Assembly: GCA_044346705.1 (NCBI GenBank)
Contig: JBIIYP010000001.1
Coordinates: 148,634 to 212,633, forward strand
DNA: 64,000 nucleotides
Direction of reading: 5' to 3'
From: Flavobacteriales bacterium
Lineage (GTDB): Bacteria > Bacteroidota > Bacteroidia > Flavobacteriales_F > PHOS-HE28
Numbering within the stretch: position 1 is the stretch's first letter; each line of letters begins with the position of its first letter. The notes beneath the pieces are model-generated. The model did no database searches. It was not told the origin of the DNA and saw only the letters and a list, made by a program, of their open reading frames with translations. The translations under genes and the position numbers were made by a program. Of the stretch, positions 44,158 to 54,207 are shown in pieces.

Positions 44158-46755
44158 TTGCTTGTACGTTCCACCTTGTTGGCCGTGATGGTCACTGTCA
44201 GCCTTTCCGATGCATTGGGTCAGTGCACCGTTTCCGGCATCACTACGCCGAACGGAACCAACACCAGCGCGACCAGCTGCCTCTGCGACACGGCCGGGCA
44301 GACCGACTGTGATCTTCGGCCTGATGTAATGATCGCATGGAGCGCTCTCCAGACCTACGCATCCGGCCCCAGTGAGTACCCGCAGGTCTGCAGCGGAGGC
44401 TGCTCAGGGAACGATGGCCGGTTGAGGGTGACCGGGGCAACGCCGAACATCGGCAATGGGCCCTTGAATTTCCGTGGCGTGGACAAGGATGGTAAACGCT
44501 GGTTCATCTGCGGAACGGACACCTTCAGTATCGTGGACCCCAATTCGACACAGACCTTCAGTTGCCCGAACAGCGGCCTGACCAAGCAATTGGTGGTGCA
44601 GCGGGTGTACAGGAAGGTGGGAACCAGCATGCGCTTCACGGAGCGGTTCGCCGGCACCATGACCTATCACCCTTCACACGGCCACAATCACGTGGATGAT
44701 TGGGTGACGTTCAGCCTGCGACTCGCGATCGCCAATGAGCCCAACCCGTTGAATTGGCCCATTGTAGGTACGGGTGCCAAGGTCGGCTTCTGCCTGATGG
44801 ACTATTTCTCATGCACCAGCGCCAGCGGCAATGGACATTGCCGTAATGATCACATCTACAACCAGGGCACCGTGCTCAACCAGCAGTCCCAGTTCCAGAA
44901 TTTCGGCCTGGGTGGACAGGCCTATAACTGCAGCCCGGTCAGCCAGGGCATCAGCGCCGGATGGGAGGATGTGTACAGCGAAAGCCTCGATGGCATGTGG
45001 ATCAACATCCCACCGGGTACCTGCAATGGCAGCTATTATATCGTGGCGCAGGTGGATCCGTTGAACAACTTCCTGGAAAGCAACGAGAACAACAACTGGA
45101 CGGCGATACCGTTCACGCTGACCCAGCAGGCCCCTGCGAACAGTGGTGGAACATGCGGCATCATCTCGGACCGTGAGCCGGTGCTCTGCAGCGGGGAGCA
45201 GGTGGTGCTCACTTGCCAGAACGCAGGTTACACCTACCTGTGGAGCACCGGAGCAACGACGCGCAGCATCACCGTGGATCAGGGTGGGAACTACACCGTG
45301 ACCGTGACCAATCCGTGCGGTACCATGACCTCCGCGCCATACACGGTAACGGTGTTGAGCGCAACGGCCCCGGTGACGACAGGTGCGGTGCTTTCCGCGC
45401 CGGGGACGGCCACGTTGACGGCCACAGGCACGGATCTTCATTGGTTCGCACAGCAGGCCGGGGGAACCGAGATAGGTGTAGGCACCTCGTTCGTGACCCC
45501 AACGCTATACCAGACCACCACCTACTGGTGCGAAGCACGGGCCATGCAACAAGGGGTTTCCGCCTATGTGGGAAAGCCAACGAACACTGGTTCGGGCGGG
45601 TACAGCAGCAATGATGAATACCTCGTTTTCGATGCCTACAAGGACCTGGAGATCAACTCCGTTCGCGTGTACACCACGACGGCCGGCAACCGTACGTTCC
45701 AGGTGCTGGCGGAGGATGGCTCCTTCATTGCCCAGGCCACGGCCTTTGTGAGCACGGGGAATACGCGCGTGACCTTGAACCTGCAGGTGCCTCAAGGGAA
45801 CAACCTGCGGCTGTATGTCACCAATTCCTTGCGCAGCCTGTATCGGAACAGCAGTTCTTCAGGTGTGAACTATCCCTATACCGTTCCCAACATCCTCACG
45901 ATCAGAACGAGCAGCGTGGGTGTGGCGGCTTATCCCTATTGCTACGATTGGGAGATCAGCACACGGGACAAGGTGTGCGCCAGCGCTCGTGTTGCCGCGA
46001 CGGCAACGGTGAACGGCACCCTCGCGCTGGGCCTCTCCGTCTGGCTCGAAGGAGCCTATGTTCAAGGCAGCGGACAGATGCGTGACGACCTGCGCGGTCA
46101 AGGCCTGATGCCTTCACAGGAGCCCTACACGGCGATGGGCTTCACCCAGACCGGCGGTGGGGGGGGCGAGACGATAGCGCCTGCACTGCTCAGCACGACC
46201 GGCGCATTGGCACCTGTGGATTGGGTGCTTGTTGAGCTGCGCAATGCTGTCGATCCCTCGGTCATCGTGGCCACACGCTCTTGCGTGGTTTTGCGGAACG
46301 GCCAGGTGGTATCCCCAGCAGGTGGTGCCGTCCAATTCGTTGGCTCGGTGGGCCCCTACCATGTGGCCATCAGGCACCGCAACCATTTGGGATGCATGAC
46401 CGCTGCAGCGGTCTCCTTGAGCCCCATCGTCACCACCATCGACCTCAGGCAGGCGTCCACGGCCACTTGGGGAACGGACGCCCGCCGCACCTCCGGTTCC
46501 GCGATGGTGCTTTGGACCGGCAACGTGGTGATGAACAATGCGCTCCGGTACACAGGTGCGAGCAACGATCGCGATCCGATCCTTCAGGCCATTGGCGGCT
46601 CGGTTCCGACCGGCATCCTGTCCGGATATGTCACCACCGACGTGAACCTGGACGGACTAACGAAGTACACAGGTGCTTCCAATGACCGTGACCCGATCCT
46701 GTTGAACATCGGAGGGTCGGCTCCCACGAGCATCCGGTTGGAGCAATTGCCTTGA
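44158..46755 (+). CDS. Secreted multidomain protein with lysyl-oxidase-like (LOX) copper amine oxidase domain, Ig-like domains and C-terminal EQLP module
   Basis: YHPSHGHNHVDDW (His-rich Cu site like WHSCHQHYH), KVGFCLMDYFSC (like K.SFCLED.C), ISAGWEDVYSESLDGMWINIPPGTCNGSYYIVAQVDPLNNFLESNENNN (like GCYDTY...CQWIDITDV.PGNY.L.V.VNP...ESD..NN). Confidence 0.65.
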   Translation: MLVRSTLLAVMVTVSLSDALGQCTVSGITTPNGTNTSATSCLCDTAGQTDCDLRPDVMIAWSALQTYASGPSEYPQVCSGGCSGNDGRLRVTGATPNIGNGPLNFRGVDKDGKRWFICGTDTFSIVDPNSTQTFSCPNSGLTKQLVVQRVYRKVGTSMRFTERFAGTMTYHPSHGHNHVDDWVTFSLRLAIANEPNPLNWPIVGTGAKVGFCLMDYFSCTSASGNGHCRNDHIYNQGTVLNQQSQFQNFGLGGQAYNCSPVSQGISAGWEDVYSESLDGMWINIPPGTCNGSYYIVAQVDPLNNFLESNENNNWTAIPFTLTQQAPANSGGTCGIISDREPVLCSGEQVVLTCQNAGYTYLWSTGATTRSITVDQGGNYTVTVTNPCGTMTSAPYTVTVLSATAPVTTGAVLSAPGTATLTATGTDLHWFAQQAGGTEIGVGTSFVTPTLYQTTTYWCEARAMQQGVSAYVGKPTNTGSGGYSSNDEYLVFDAYKDLEINSVRVYTTTAGNRTFQVLAEDGSFIAQATAFVSTGNTRVTLNLQVPQGNNLRLYVTNSLRSLYRNSSSSGVNYPYTVPNILTIRTSSVGVAAYPYCYDWEISTRDKVCASARVAATATVNGTLALGLSVWLEGAYVQGSGQMRDDLRGQGLMPSQEPYTAMGFTQTGGGGGETIAPALLSTTGALAPVDWVLVELRNAVDPSVIVATRSCVVLRNGQVVSPAGGAVQFVGSVGPYHVAIRHRNHLGCMTAAAVSLSPIVTTIDLRQASTATWGTDARRTSGSAMVLWTGNVVMNNALRYTGASNDRDPILQAIGGSVPTGILSGYVTTDVNLDGLTKYTGASNDRDPILLNIGGSAPTSIRLEQLP

Positions 46756-46944
46756 TGGGGTCCATGGTGCCGGGACGATCTGTTCCCCGTCGTTGGTATA
46801 GCGCTGAGGCCGGTAGACCAAGCGGCGCACTCGGGCTGAACGGTGATGCTCTGCTGAGGGCCCGCGGATGGAACCACGTGAGCCGGTGATCAGGCTACAT
46901 GTCTTATCATTGTCCGTAGCCTATCCAACGCCCCAACTGGAGTC

Positions 46945-48516
46945 ATGTCAAAGAATGTTGCGTGGAATGGCCTCGCCAAGGACCTCTCCGCGTCCGTGGT
47001 GGTGTTGCTGGTGGCCTTGCCGCTGTGCTTGGGCATCGCTTTGGGAAGCGGCGCACCGCTGATCTCCGGATTGATCGCGGGCGTTGTCGGTGGGGTGGTC
47101 GTAGGTTTTCTCAGCGGGTCCCCTTTAAGCGTCAGCGGGCCTGCGGCGGGTCTCACGACGATCGTGGCCGCGGCCATCACGAAGCTTCCTTCGTACGAGG
47201 CGTTCGCTTTGGCGGTGATGCTGGCAGGCGCATTCCAAGTGCTGCTGGGGGTGGTCAGGGCCGGGGTGGTAGGGGACTTCATTCCGAATTCGGTGATCAA
47301 GGGCATGCTCGCCGCCATCGGGCTCATCCTCATCCTGAAGCAGTTCCCCCACCTGGTCGGCTATGACGCGGACTTCGAAGGGGATGAGAGTTTTCTCCAA
47401 TCCGACAGCGAGAACACGCTGACCGAGTTGTAACATGCCATGGGTTTCTTCTCACTGCCGGCCGCGCTGATCGGCGTGGTGTCGATCCTTTTGCTGTTGC
47501 TGTGGGAACGCCCCTTCATCCGTTCGCACCGGTTCTTCGCCCTGGTTCCAGGTCCCTTGGTGGTGGTCGCCGTCGGCATCCTGATGCAGGTAGTGATGGC
47601 GCGCGTGCCGGAGCTGGCTCTATCCGCACAGCATATGGTGGATATTCCGAACATCGTGGGTGTCACCGGGCTGGTCTCGGTGTTGCGTCCACCGGATCTT
47701 TCCATGCTATGGCTGCCTGCTGTCTGGGTCTCTGCGGCGACCCTCGCCATAGTCGCAAGCCTGGAGAGTCTCTTGGGCGTTGAAGCCGTGGACAAACTCG
47801 ACCCGTTGAAACGTGTAACGCCTTCGAACCGGGAACTGATGGCCCAAGGCGCGGGGAACATGGTCAGCGGTATGTTGGGAGGGTTGCCTGTGACCTCCGT
47901 TGTGGTGCGCAGTTCGGCGAATGTCCAGGCCGGAGCGGTCTCGAAGCGTTCCACCATCCTGCACGGTGTGCTCATGCTGTTCGGTGTGCTTCTCGTGCCC
48001 ACGGTGATCGACATGATCCCCTATGCCGCACTGGCCGCCATCCTTATGGTCACCGGATACAAGCTGGTGAAGGTGAACACCTTCAAGGAATTCCATGCGA
48101 AGGGGTGGGAGCAGTTCATCCCGTTCGTGGTCACGATCCTGGCGATCCTCTTTTCGGACCTGTTGACCGGGATCGTGATCGGCATCTTCGTCGGTTTGTT
48201 CTTCATGATGCGGAGCAATTTCCGCACTACGGTGCTGTTGGTGAAGGACGGGGAGAATCATCTTCTGAGGTTGCGGAAGGATGTATCGTTCCTGAACAAG
48301 CCGATCGTGAAGCAGCGATTGGCGTCATTGCCGAACGGGTCCTACATCCTGATCGATACCAACCCCGCGGATTTCATCGACCAGGATGTGCTTGAGGTGA
48401 TCAGGGAGTTCATCGTCAGCGCACCGGCGCGGAACATCCGCGTGGAGGTGAAGCGCTCGATGCAGGGAAGCATACATCCCATGCTGGTGATGAGCGAACA
48501 ACCACACGTTTCATGA
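46945..48516 (+). pseudogene. SulP-family anion (sulfate/bicarbonate) transporter with STAS domain, interrupted by in-frame TAA at 47431-47433
   Basis: ORFs 46945-47433 and 47440-48516 share a frame; combined about 520 aa matches SulP length and TM order; ...NTLTEL-TAA-HAMGFFSLPAALIG continuous. Confidence 0.55.
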
Positions 48517-49145
48517 AGACGCACGAACGCCTCTTGTTGGAGAACAAGGCCTGGGCCCAGGGGCGTGTCCAGGACGACCCGCTGTTCTTCAAGCGCCTGG
48601 AGAGCCTGCAGACCCCGGAGTTCCTGTGGGTGGGGTGCAGTGATAGCCGTGTGCCGGCCAATGAGATCACAGGCACGCAGCCCGGTGAGATCTTCGTTCA
48701 CCGCAACATCGCGAACATGGTCGTGCATACCGACCTCAACCTGCTTGCGGTGCTGGAGTATGCCGTGCATCACTTGAAGGTGAAGCACATCATCGTGTGC
48801 GGGCACTACGGTTGCGGTGGCGTGAAGGCGGCGATGACGCACACGTCCCTCGGCATCATCAACAAGTGGCTGCGCAACATCAAGGATGTTCAACGGTTCC
48901 ATGCGGCCGAGCTCGAAGCCATCACCAATGAGGAGCAGCATATCGACCGGCTGGTGGAGCTTAACGTCGTGGAACAGGTCACGAACCTTGCCAAGACGTC
49001 CATTGTACAGCGTGCCTGGCACCAGGAGCAACGACCGCACCTGCATGGCTGGGTCTATGGGCTGAAGGTTGGGCTGATCAGATCCGTGTTCGACATGCCT
49101 CCGAACAGCCCATTGGACCCGCTCTATGTGTTCGACAATGTGTGA
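48513..49145 (+). CDS. Beta-class carbonic anhydrase
   Basis: CSDSR, HYGCGG zinc-ligand motifs; classic SulP-CA pairing. Confidence 0.85.
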   Translation: MKTHERLLLENKAWAQGRVQDDPLFFKRLESLQTPEFLWVGCSDSRVPANEITGTQPGEIFVHRNIANMVVHTDLNLLAVLEYAVHHLKVKHIIVCGHYGCGGVKAAMTHTSLGIINKWLRNIKDVQRFHAAELEAITNEEQHIDRLVELNVVEQVTNLAKTSIVQRAWHQEQRPHLHGWVYGLKVGLIRSVFDMPPNSPLDPLYVFDNV

Positions 49146-49162
49146 TAATGGTCATGACAAGC

Positions 49163-49198
49163 AAGAAAAAGCCCCGCCGGAGCGGGGCTTTTTCTTGC
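49163..49198. terminator. Bidirectional rho-independent terminator between convergent genes
   Basis: gaaaaagccccgccggagcggggctttttc. Confidence 0.75.
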
Positions 49199-49211
49199 CT
49201 GTTGGCCAAAT

Positions 49212-50669
49212 TCAGTAGTAGATGAGGCGGCGCACCTTGGCCACGTGCTTGGCCAGGCGGATCACCTGCTTGGTGTAGCCGAACTCATTGTCGTACCAGG
49301 TGTAGAGCACCACGCTCTTGCCATCCGGGGCCACGATCGTTGCGTTGCTGTCGAACACGCTGCAGCAGGTATCCCCGATGATATCGCTGCTCACCAGTTC
49401 AGGATCGAGCTGGTAGTGGATCTGGTTGACGAGCTCGCCTTCTAGGGCCGCCTTGCGGATCAAGGCGTTCATGGCCACCACGTCCGCGATGGGCTTCTTC
49501 AGGGTGAGGTTCATGATCGCCAGGGAACCGTTCGGGGTGGGCACCCGCACGGCATTGGCGGTCAGCTTGTCCTTCAGGCTGGGGATGGCCTTGGCCACCG
49601 CCGTGCCTGCTCCCGTGCTCGTGATCACCATGTTGATGGCCGCGCTTCGGCCGCGACGCGGACCCTTGTGGTAGTTGTCCAGCAAGTTCTGGTCGTTCGT
49701 GTAGGCGTGCACCGTTTCGATGTGCCCCTTTTCCACCCCAAGGTTGTCCTCAACCACCTTGAGGATGGGGCAGATGGCGTTGGTCGTGCAACTGGCGGCG
49801 CTGAAGATCTTCTCGTTCTCAATGTCCAGCTCCTTGTGGTTGATGCCGTATACCACGTTCGGGATCTCCTTGCCGGGAGCCGTAAGGAGCACCTTGGCCA
49901 CGCCTTTGGCGCGCAAGTGGCGCTCCAGGTCGGCACGTTTCGTGAAGGCCCCGGTATTGTCGATCACCAGTGCGTTGTTGATGCCGTAAGCGGTGTAATC
50001 CACATCCTCCGGGTTGGCGGCGGCGATCAATTGGATCAGCTGTCCATTGACCCAGATGGCCTTGTTGGCCACGTCCTCGATCACCGTACCCTTGAAGGTC
50101 CCGTGCACGCTGTCGTTGCGCAACAAGGCGGCACGCTTCACGATCTCGGCATCGGTGAGGGTGCGCGTGACGATGGCGCGCAGCCGCAACTGCTGTCCTT
50201 TACCGGCCTGCTTTACCAGTTCCCGGGCGGCGATGCGACCGATCCGGCCGAAGCCGTAGAGGACCACATCGCGGGGTTCGAACTGGTGCTTGTCCGCCCC
50301 GATGAAGTTGGCCAGGGTGGTGGAAAGGAATCCCTTGAGGTCCTTCTTGCCACCCTGGATGTAATCCCAGGTCAGCTTTCCGATATCGATCTTGCTCGGC
50401 GCCAGGTCCAGGTCGAGCAGGCCGCGGGCCACATCGGCCGTGGTGAACACGTCGATGGGCTTCATCACCACCTTGTCGGCGTAGTTGAAGAGGTTGATCA
50501 CCTCACTGATGCTGGTGTCCAGCAGGTGGTTGCGGAAGAACACGAGCTCCACGCCGTGGCCGTACATCAACTGTCCTACGGAATTCACCAGGTCAACGGC
50601 CGCCTTTTCGCGGTCCACGTATTCCTTCAGGCCGGACTCGTAGCCGGACTTGGCTTCTGCGATCTGCAT
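49212..50669 (-). CDS. gap: Glyceraldehyde-3-phosphate dehydrogenase family, long (about 485 aa) form
   Basis: Rossmann GFGRIGR, catalytic SCTTN, C-terminal WYDNEFGY; start at MQIAEAK 50669. Confidence 0.8.
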   Translation of the reverse strand: MQIAEAKSGYESGLKEYVDREKAAVDLVNSVGQLMYGHGVELVFFRNHLLDTSISEVINLFNYADKVVMKPIDVFTTADVARGLLDLDLAPSKIDIGKLTWDYIQGGKKDLKGFLSTTLANFIGADKHQFEPRDVVLYGFGRIGRIAARELVKQAGKGQQLRLRAIVTRTLTDAEIVKRAALLRNDSVHGTFKGTVIEDVANKAIWVNGQLIQLIAAANPEDVDYTAYGINNALVIDNTGAFTKRADLERHLRAKGVAKVLLTAPGKEIPNVVYGINHKELDIENEKIFSAASCTTNAICPILKVVEDNLGVEKGHIETVHAYTNDQNLLDNYHKGPRRGRSAAINMVITSTGAGTAVAKAIPSLKDKLTANAVRVPTPNGSLAIMNLTLKKPIADVVAMNALIRKAALEGELVNQIHYQLDPELVSSDIIGDTCCSVFDSNATIVAPDGKSVVLYTWYDNEFGYTKQVIRLAKHVAKVRRLIYY

Positions 50670-50741
50670 GGATGGGATGAGGGGGAATGGTTCAGGCAGG
50701 GGGAAAGGACGTGCCCCGCTGTTGAGGCGGGGCACGAAGGG

Positions 50742-51617
50742 TCAACCGAGGTAAGCTTTGAGCAGCTTGCTTCGGCTGGTATGCCGCAGTCGCCGGATCG
50801 CCTTTTCCTTGATCTGGCGCACGCGCTCCCGGGTGAGGTCGAACTTAGCGCCGATCTCCTCAAGGGTGAGTCCGTGGTTGATGCCGATGCCGAAGAAGAG
50901 CTTGACGACATCACGCTCGCGTTCGGTGAGGGTGCTCAACGCGCGTTCGATCTCCTTGGCGAGGGATTCGTTCAGGAGCAGGCGGTCCGCGGGTGCGCTG
51001 TCGTTGTTCGGCAGCACGTCCAGCAGGCTGTTGCTCTCGCCCTCAACGAAGGGGGCGTCCATGCTGATGTGGCGACCACTGACCTTCATGGTGTCCGCCA
51101 CCTTCTCGGGTGGGAGGTCCAGCAGGGTGGCCAGTTCGTCGGCGCTGGGCGGACGCTCGAACTCCTGCTCGAGCTTGGCGAAGGCCTTGTTGATCTTGTT
51201 CAGGGAGCCCACCTGGTTCAAGGGTAGGCGCACGATGCGGCTTTGCTCGGCCAAGGCCTGAAGGATGCTCTGGCGGATCCACCACACCGCGTAGGAGATG
51301 AACTTGAAGCCGCGGGTCTCATCAAAGCGTTGGGCCGCCTTGATCAGGCCGAGGTTGCCCTCGTTGATCAGGTCGGGCAGGCTGAGGCCCTGGTTCTGGT
51401 ACTGCTTGGCCACCGAAACCACGAAGCGCAGGTTGGCCTTCACCAATTTCTCCAGCGCGCGCGTGTCGCCCTCCTTGATCTTCCGGGCGAGCTCCACCTC
51501 CATGTCGGCCGTGATGAGCCCTTCCTTGCCGATCTCCTGCAGGTACTTGTCCAGCGACTGGCTTTCGCGGTTGGTGATCGACTTGGTGATCTTCAGTTGG
51601 CGCATCCTGCTGGTCAC
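50742..51617 (-). CDS. rpoD: RNA polymerase primary sigma-70 factor (short Bacteroidetes form)
   Basis: Regions 2-4 incl. [18 protein letters not shown] and [20 protein letters not shown]. Confidence 0.9.
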   Translation of the reverse strand: MTSRMRQLKITKSITNRESQSLDKYLQEIGKEGLITADMEVELARKIKEGDTRALEKLVKANLRFVVSVAKQYQNQGLSLPDLINEGNLGLIKAAQRFDETRGFKFISYAVWWIRQSILQALAEQSRIVRLPLNQVGSLNKINKAFAKLEQEFERPPSADELATLLDLPPEKVADTMKVSGRHISMDAPFVEGESNSLLDVLPNNDSAPADRLLLNESLAKEIERALSTLTERERDVVKLFFGIGINHGLTLEEIGAKFDLTRERVRQIKEKAIRRLRHTSRSKLLKAYLG

Positions 51618-51784
51618 GGGCGGGGGGGGAATTAGTGGGTTAGGTCAGAGGCGTCCGGGCATCAACACAAGCTCCGCCGGTCCTCCATGGGATCCGCTGC
51701 GAATGTACGGTCCCTTACACACACGGGACAAGATGCCATGCCCCAGGGGTTTTCAACAGTGCAAGCGGCTGGTCATCAAGAGCT

Positions 51785-53248
51785 TCAGATGCCTAGACCG
51801 TAGTATGCCTTCATTCCGTTCGGATACACCCCTTCGATCAGCACACCGCCTTGCTTCGACTCCAAGGCGTTCGTGATGTCCTCCGGTTCACGGATGAGCT
51901 GCTGATCGATGTGCGTGATGATGAACCCTTCCCGGATGCCGCTGCTGCGCAATTTTCCACCGCTCAGGCTCTTGACTTTCACGCCGTTCTGGATCTTCAG
52001 CGCCTTCAATTCTTCCGGTGCGGCCTTCACCAATTGAGCACCAAGCAGTGCGGAAGAGGCCGACTTCTCCGGCGCTGCGGCCATTTGGGTGTTGCCTTCC
52101 CGGCCGCGCAGGGTCATGTTCAGCACATTTTCCTGGCCCTTGCGGAGCACCGTTACCGCCACCTTGTCGCCAGGGCGGAAGCGACCCACTTGCTCCTGCA
52201 GTTGGGGCACGTTGTTCACATCGATGTTGCCGACCTTGAGGATCACATCGCCGGCCTTCATGCCGCTCGCTTGGGCAGCACCGTCAGCGGTGAGGTCCTT
52301 AACATACACCCCGCGGATCCGGTCCATGTCCAGTTGCTTGGCCAATTCCTGGTCCACGTCGCCGATGCTCACACCGATGTAGGCGCGCTGCACACTGCCG
52401 AACTCCATCAGGTCGCCGGTGACCTTGCGCACGATGTTGGAGGGGATGGCGAAGGAATAGCCGGAATAGGCGCCCGTGGTGCTGGCGATGGCACTGTTGA
52501 TGCCCACCAGTTGGCCGGCGGCGTTCACCAATGCCCCGCCGCTGTTCCCCGGATTAACGGCCGCATCGGTCTGGATGAACGACTCGATCGGGAACGCGTC
52601 CTGCCCTGGGTCGTACTGGAGCAGGTTGATGTTGCGGGCCTTTGCGCTCACGATCCCGGCGGTCACTGTGCTGGTGAGGTTCATGGGGTTGCCCACGGCG
52701 AGCACCCATTCGCCCACCCTGGCATCGTCGCTGTTGGCGTAAGTGATCGGGGGCAGGTCCGTGGCTTCGATCTTCAGCAAGGCCAGGTCGGTGCTCGGGT
52801 CACGGCCGATCACCTTCGCTTCGAACTGGCGCTTGTCGTTGAGGTGCACCAGGATCTTGTCCGCGCCCTCCACCACGTGGTTGTTGGTCACGATGTAGCC
52901 ATCGTCGCTGATGATGACCCCGCTGCCGGCACCCCGGACAGGGGTCGAGGGCGCCTGACGATAACCCCAGAAGAATTGGGCCAAGGGGTCGTTCTGCACC
53001 ACCATGGCCTCGGTGGTGACGTGCACCACGGCGTTCACGGTGCGCTCCGCAGCATCGACGAAATCGGGTGCGGCCATTACGGAGCCGCCGGGACCGGGCA
53101 GGTTCACGTACTTGACCAGCCCAGGACCGGATGTCCCGCTCACATCCCCTGAGGGGCCACGCTGCGGGTTCAGGAACAGTTCATGCGCACCGAGCGCGAA
53201 CAGCCCGCCCATAAGTGCGATGGCGAAATAGGTGAAGGTCCGTTTCAT
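51785..53248 (-). CDS. DegP/HtrA-family periplasmic serine protease (trypsin domain + 2 PDZ)
   Basis: GNSGGALVN catalytic Ser motif, two PDZ domains; start at MKRTFTYF. Confidence 0.85.
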   Translation of the reverse strand: MKRTFTYFAIALMGGLFALGAHELFLNPQRGPSGDVSGTSGPGLVKYVNLPGPGGSVMAAPDFVDAAERTVNAVVHVTTEAMVVQNDPLAQFFWGYRQAPSTPVRGAGSGVIISDDGYIVTNNHVVEGADKILVHLNDKRQFEAKVIGRDPSTDLALLKIEATDLPPITYANSDDARVGEWVLAVGNPMNLTSTVTAGIVSAKARNINLLQYDPGQDAFPIESFIQTDAAVNPGNSGGALVNAAGQLVGINSAIASTTGAYSGYSFAIPSNIVRKVTGDLMEFGSVQRAYIGVSIGDVDQELAKQLDMDRIRGVYVKDLTADGAAQASGMKAGDVILKVGNIDVNNVPQLQEQVGRFRPGDKVAVTVLRKGQENVLNMTLRGREGNTQMAAAPEKSASSALLGAQLVKAAPEELKALKIQNGVKVKSLSGGKLRSSGIREGFIITHIDQQLIREPEDITNALESKQGGVLIEGVYPNGMKAYYGLGI

Positions 53249-53418
53249 GGTCATGTTCAGTGTTCCGTCCTGGGCTCCGCGAAGCGCGTGCCGTTCACGC
53301 AAAACAACGGGGCCGCTGACGGGATGTTCCGTTCAGTGCCGTTAAAATGTGTTGATCGGCAGGTCTGCTGCCAAGCTGGCCATGCCTGCACCAAAGGGCC
53401 ACGTAGCATCTTTGTACC

Positions 53419-54207
53419 ATGCTTCGGTTCGCAAAGCTGGAAGGCACCGGCAACGATTTCATCCTGGTGAATGATCGGGATGGCTCCTTTCCGGCTCAGG
53501 ACCTGGCCTTGGTCCGCCGCCTGTGCGACCGGCATTACGGTATCGGGAGCGACGGATTGATCCTGGTCCAGGCGCCGCGTGAGGACGGAACGGATTTCCA
53601 CATGGAGTTCTTCAATCCGGACGGGTCGAAGAGCTTCTGCGGGAACGGCAGCCGCTGCGCCTACGCGTTCTGGTGCCGGATCAGTGGTCGATCGGATCCT
53701 GCACGCTTCACCGCCATCGACGGGGTCCATTCGGCCACATGGGATCGGGGGTTCGTTCGCGTGGCCATGTGCGATGTGGCCCGTATCGAACGCATCGATG
53801 ACCACACCGACAAGGCCCACACAGGGTCGCCGCACCTGTTGGTCTGGGTGAAGGATCCGGAGGCGGTCGATGTGGTGGTGGAGGCCCGCGCCATCCGGTT
53901 CAATGTGGCGTATGCCAAGGAGGGCATCAATGTGAATTTCCTGCGCTGGCACAACGGCCGGTTGGAAATGCGTACCTACGAGCGTGGCGTGGAGGCGGAG
54001 ACGCTCAGTTGTGGCACAGGGGTCACGGCAGCGGCACTTTCCGCCATGTCGCGTGGCCATGTGGAAGCTGCATGCGAGGTCGTGACCCGTGGCGGTCGAC
54101 TGCGTGTGGAGGCGGAACCCAACGGGAACGGAGGGTTTGCCAAGGTGCATCTGAGCGGGCCGATCGGAGAGGTCTTCACAGGAACGGTGGATCACCCCGG
54201 GTCATGA
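53419..54207 (+). CDS. dapF: Diaminopimelate epimerase
   Basis: KLEGTGNDFILV, catalytic Cys motifs FFNPDGSKSFCGNG and ETLSCGTG. Confidence 0.9.
   Translation: MLRFAKLEGTGNDFILVNDRDGSFPAQDLALVRRLCDRHYGIGSDGLILVQAPREDGTDFHMEFFNPDGSKSFCGNGSRCAYAFWCRISGRSDPARFTAIDGVHSATWDRGFVRVAMCDVARIERIDDHTDKAHTGSPHLLVWVKDPEAVDVVVEARAIRFNVAYAKEGINVNFLRWHNGRLEMRTYERGVEAETLSCGTGVTAAALSAMSRGHVEAACEVVTRGGRLRVEAEPNGNGGFAKVHLSGPIGEVFTGTVDHPGS

Noticed and set aside
36867-48516. Alternative genetic code (TGA or TAA reassigned) to explain the two in-frame stops
   Set aside because: Well-supported genes throughout the window terminate at TGA and TAA at the expected positions (e.g. permease stop TGA at 10236, def, dapF), so global recoding is not supported. 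Site-specific selenocysteine is kept only as a low-probability alternative for the MAM TGA.
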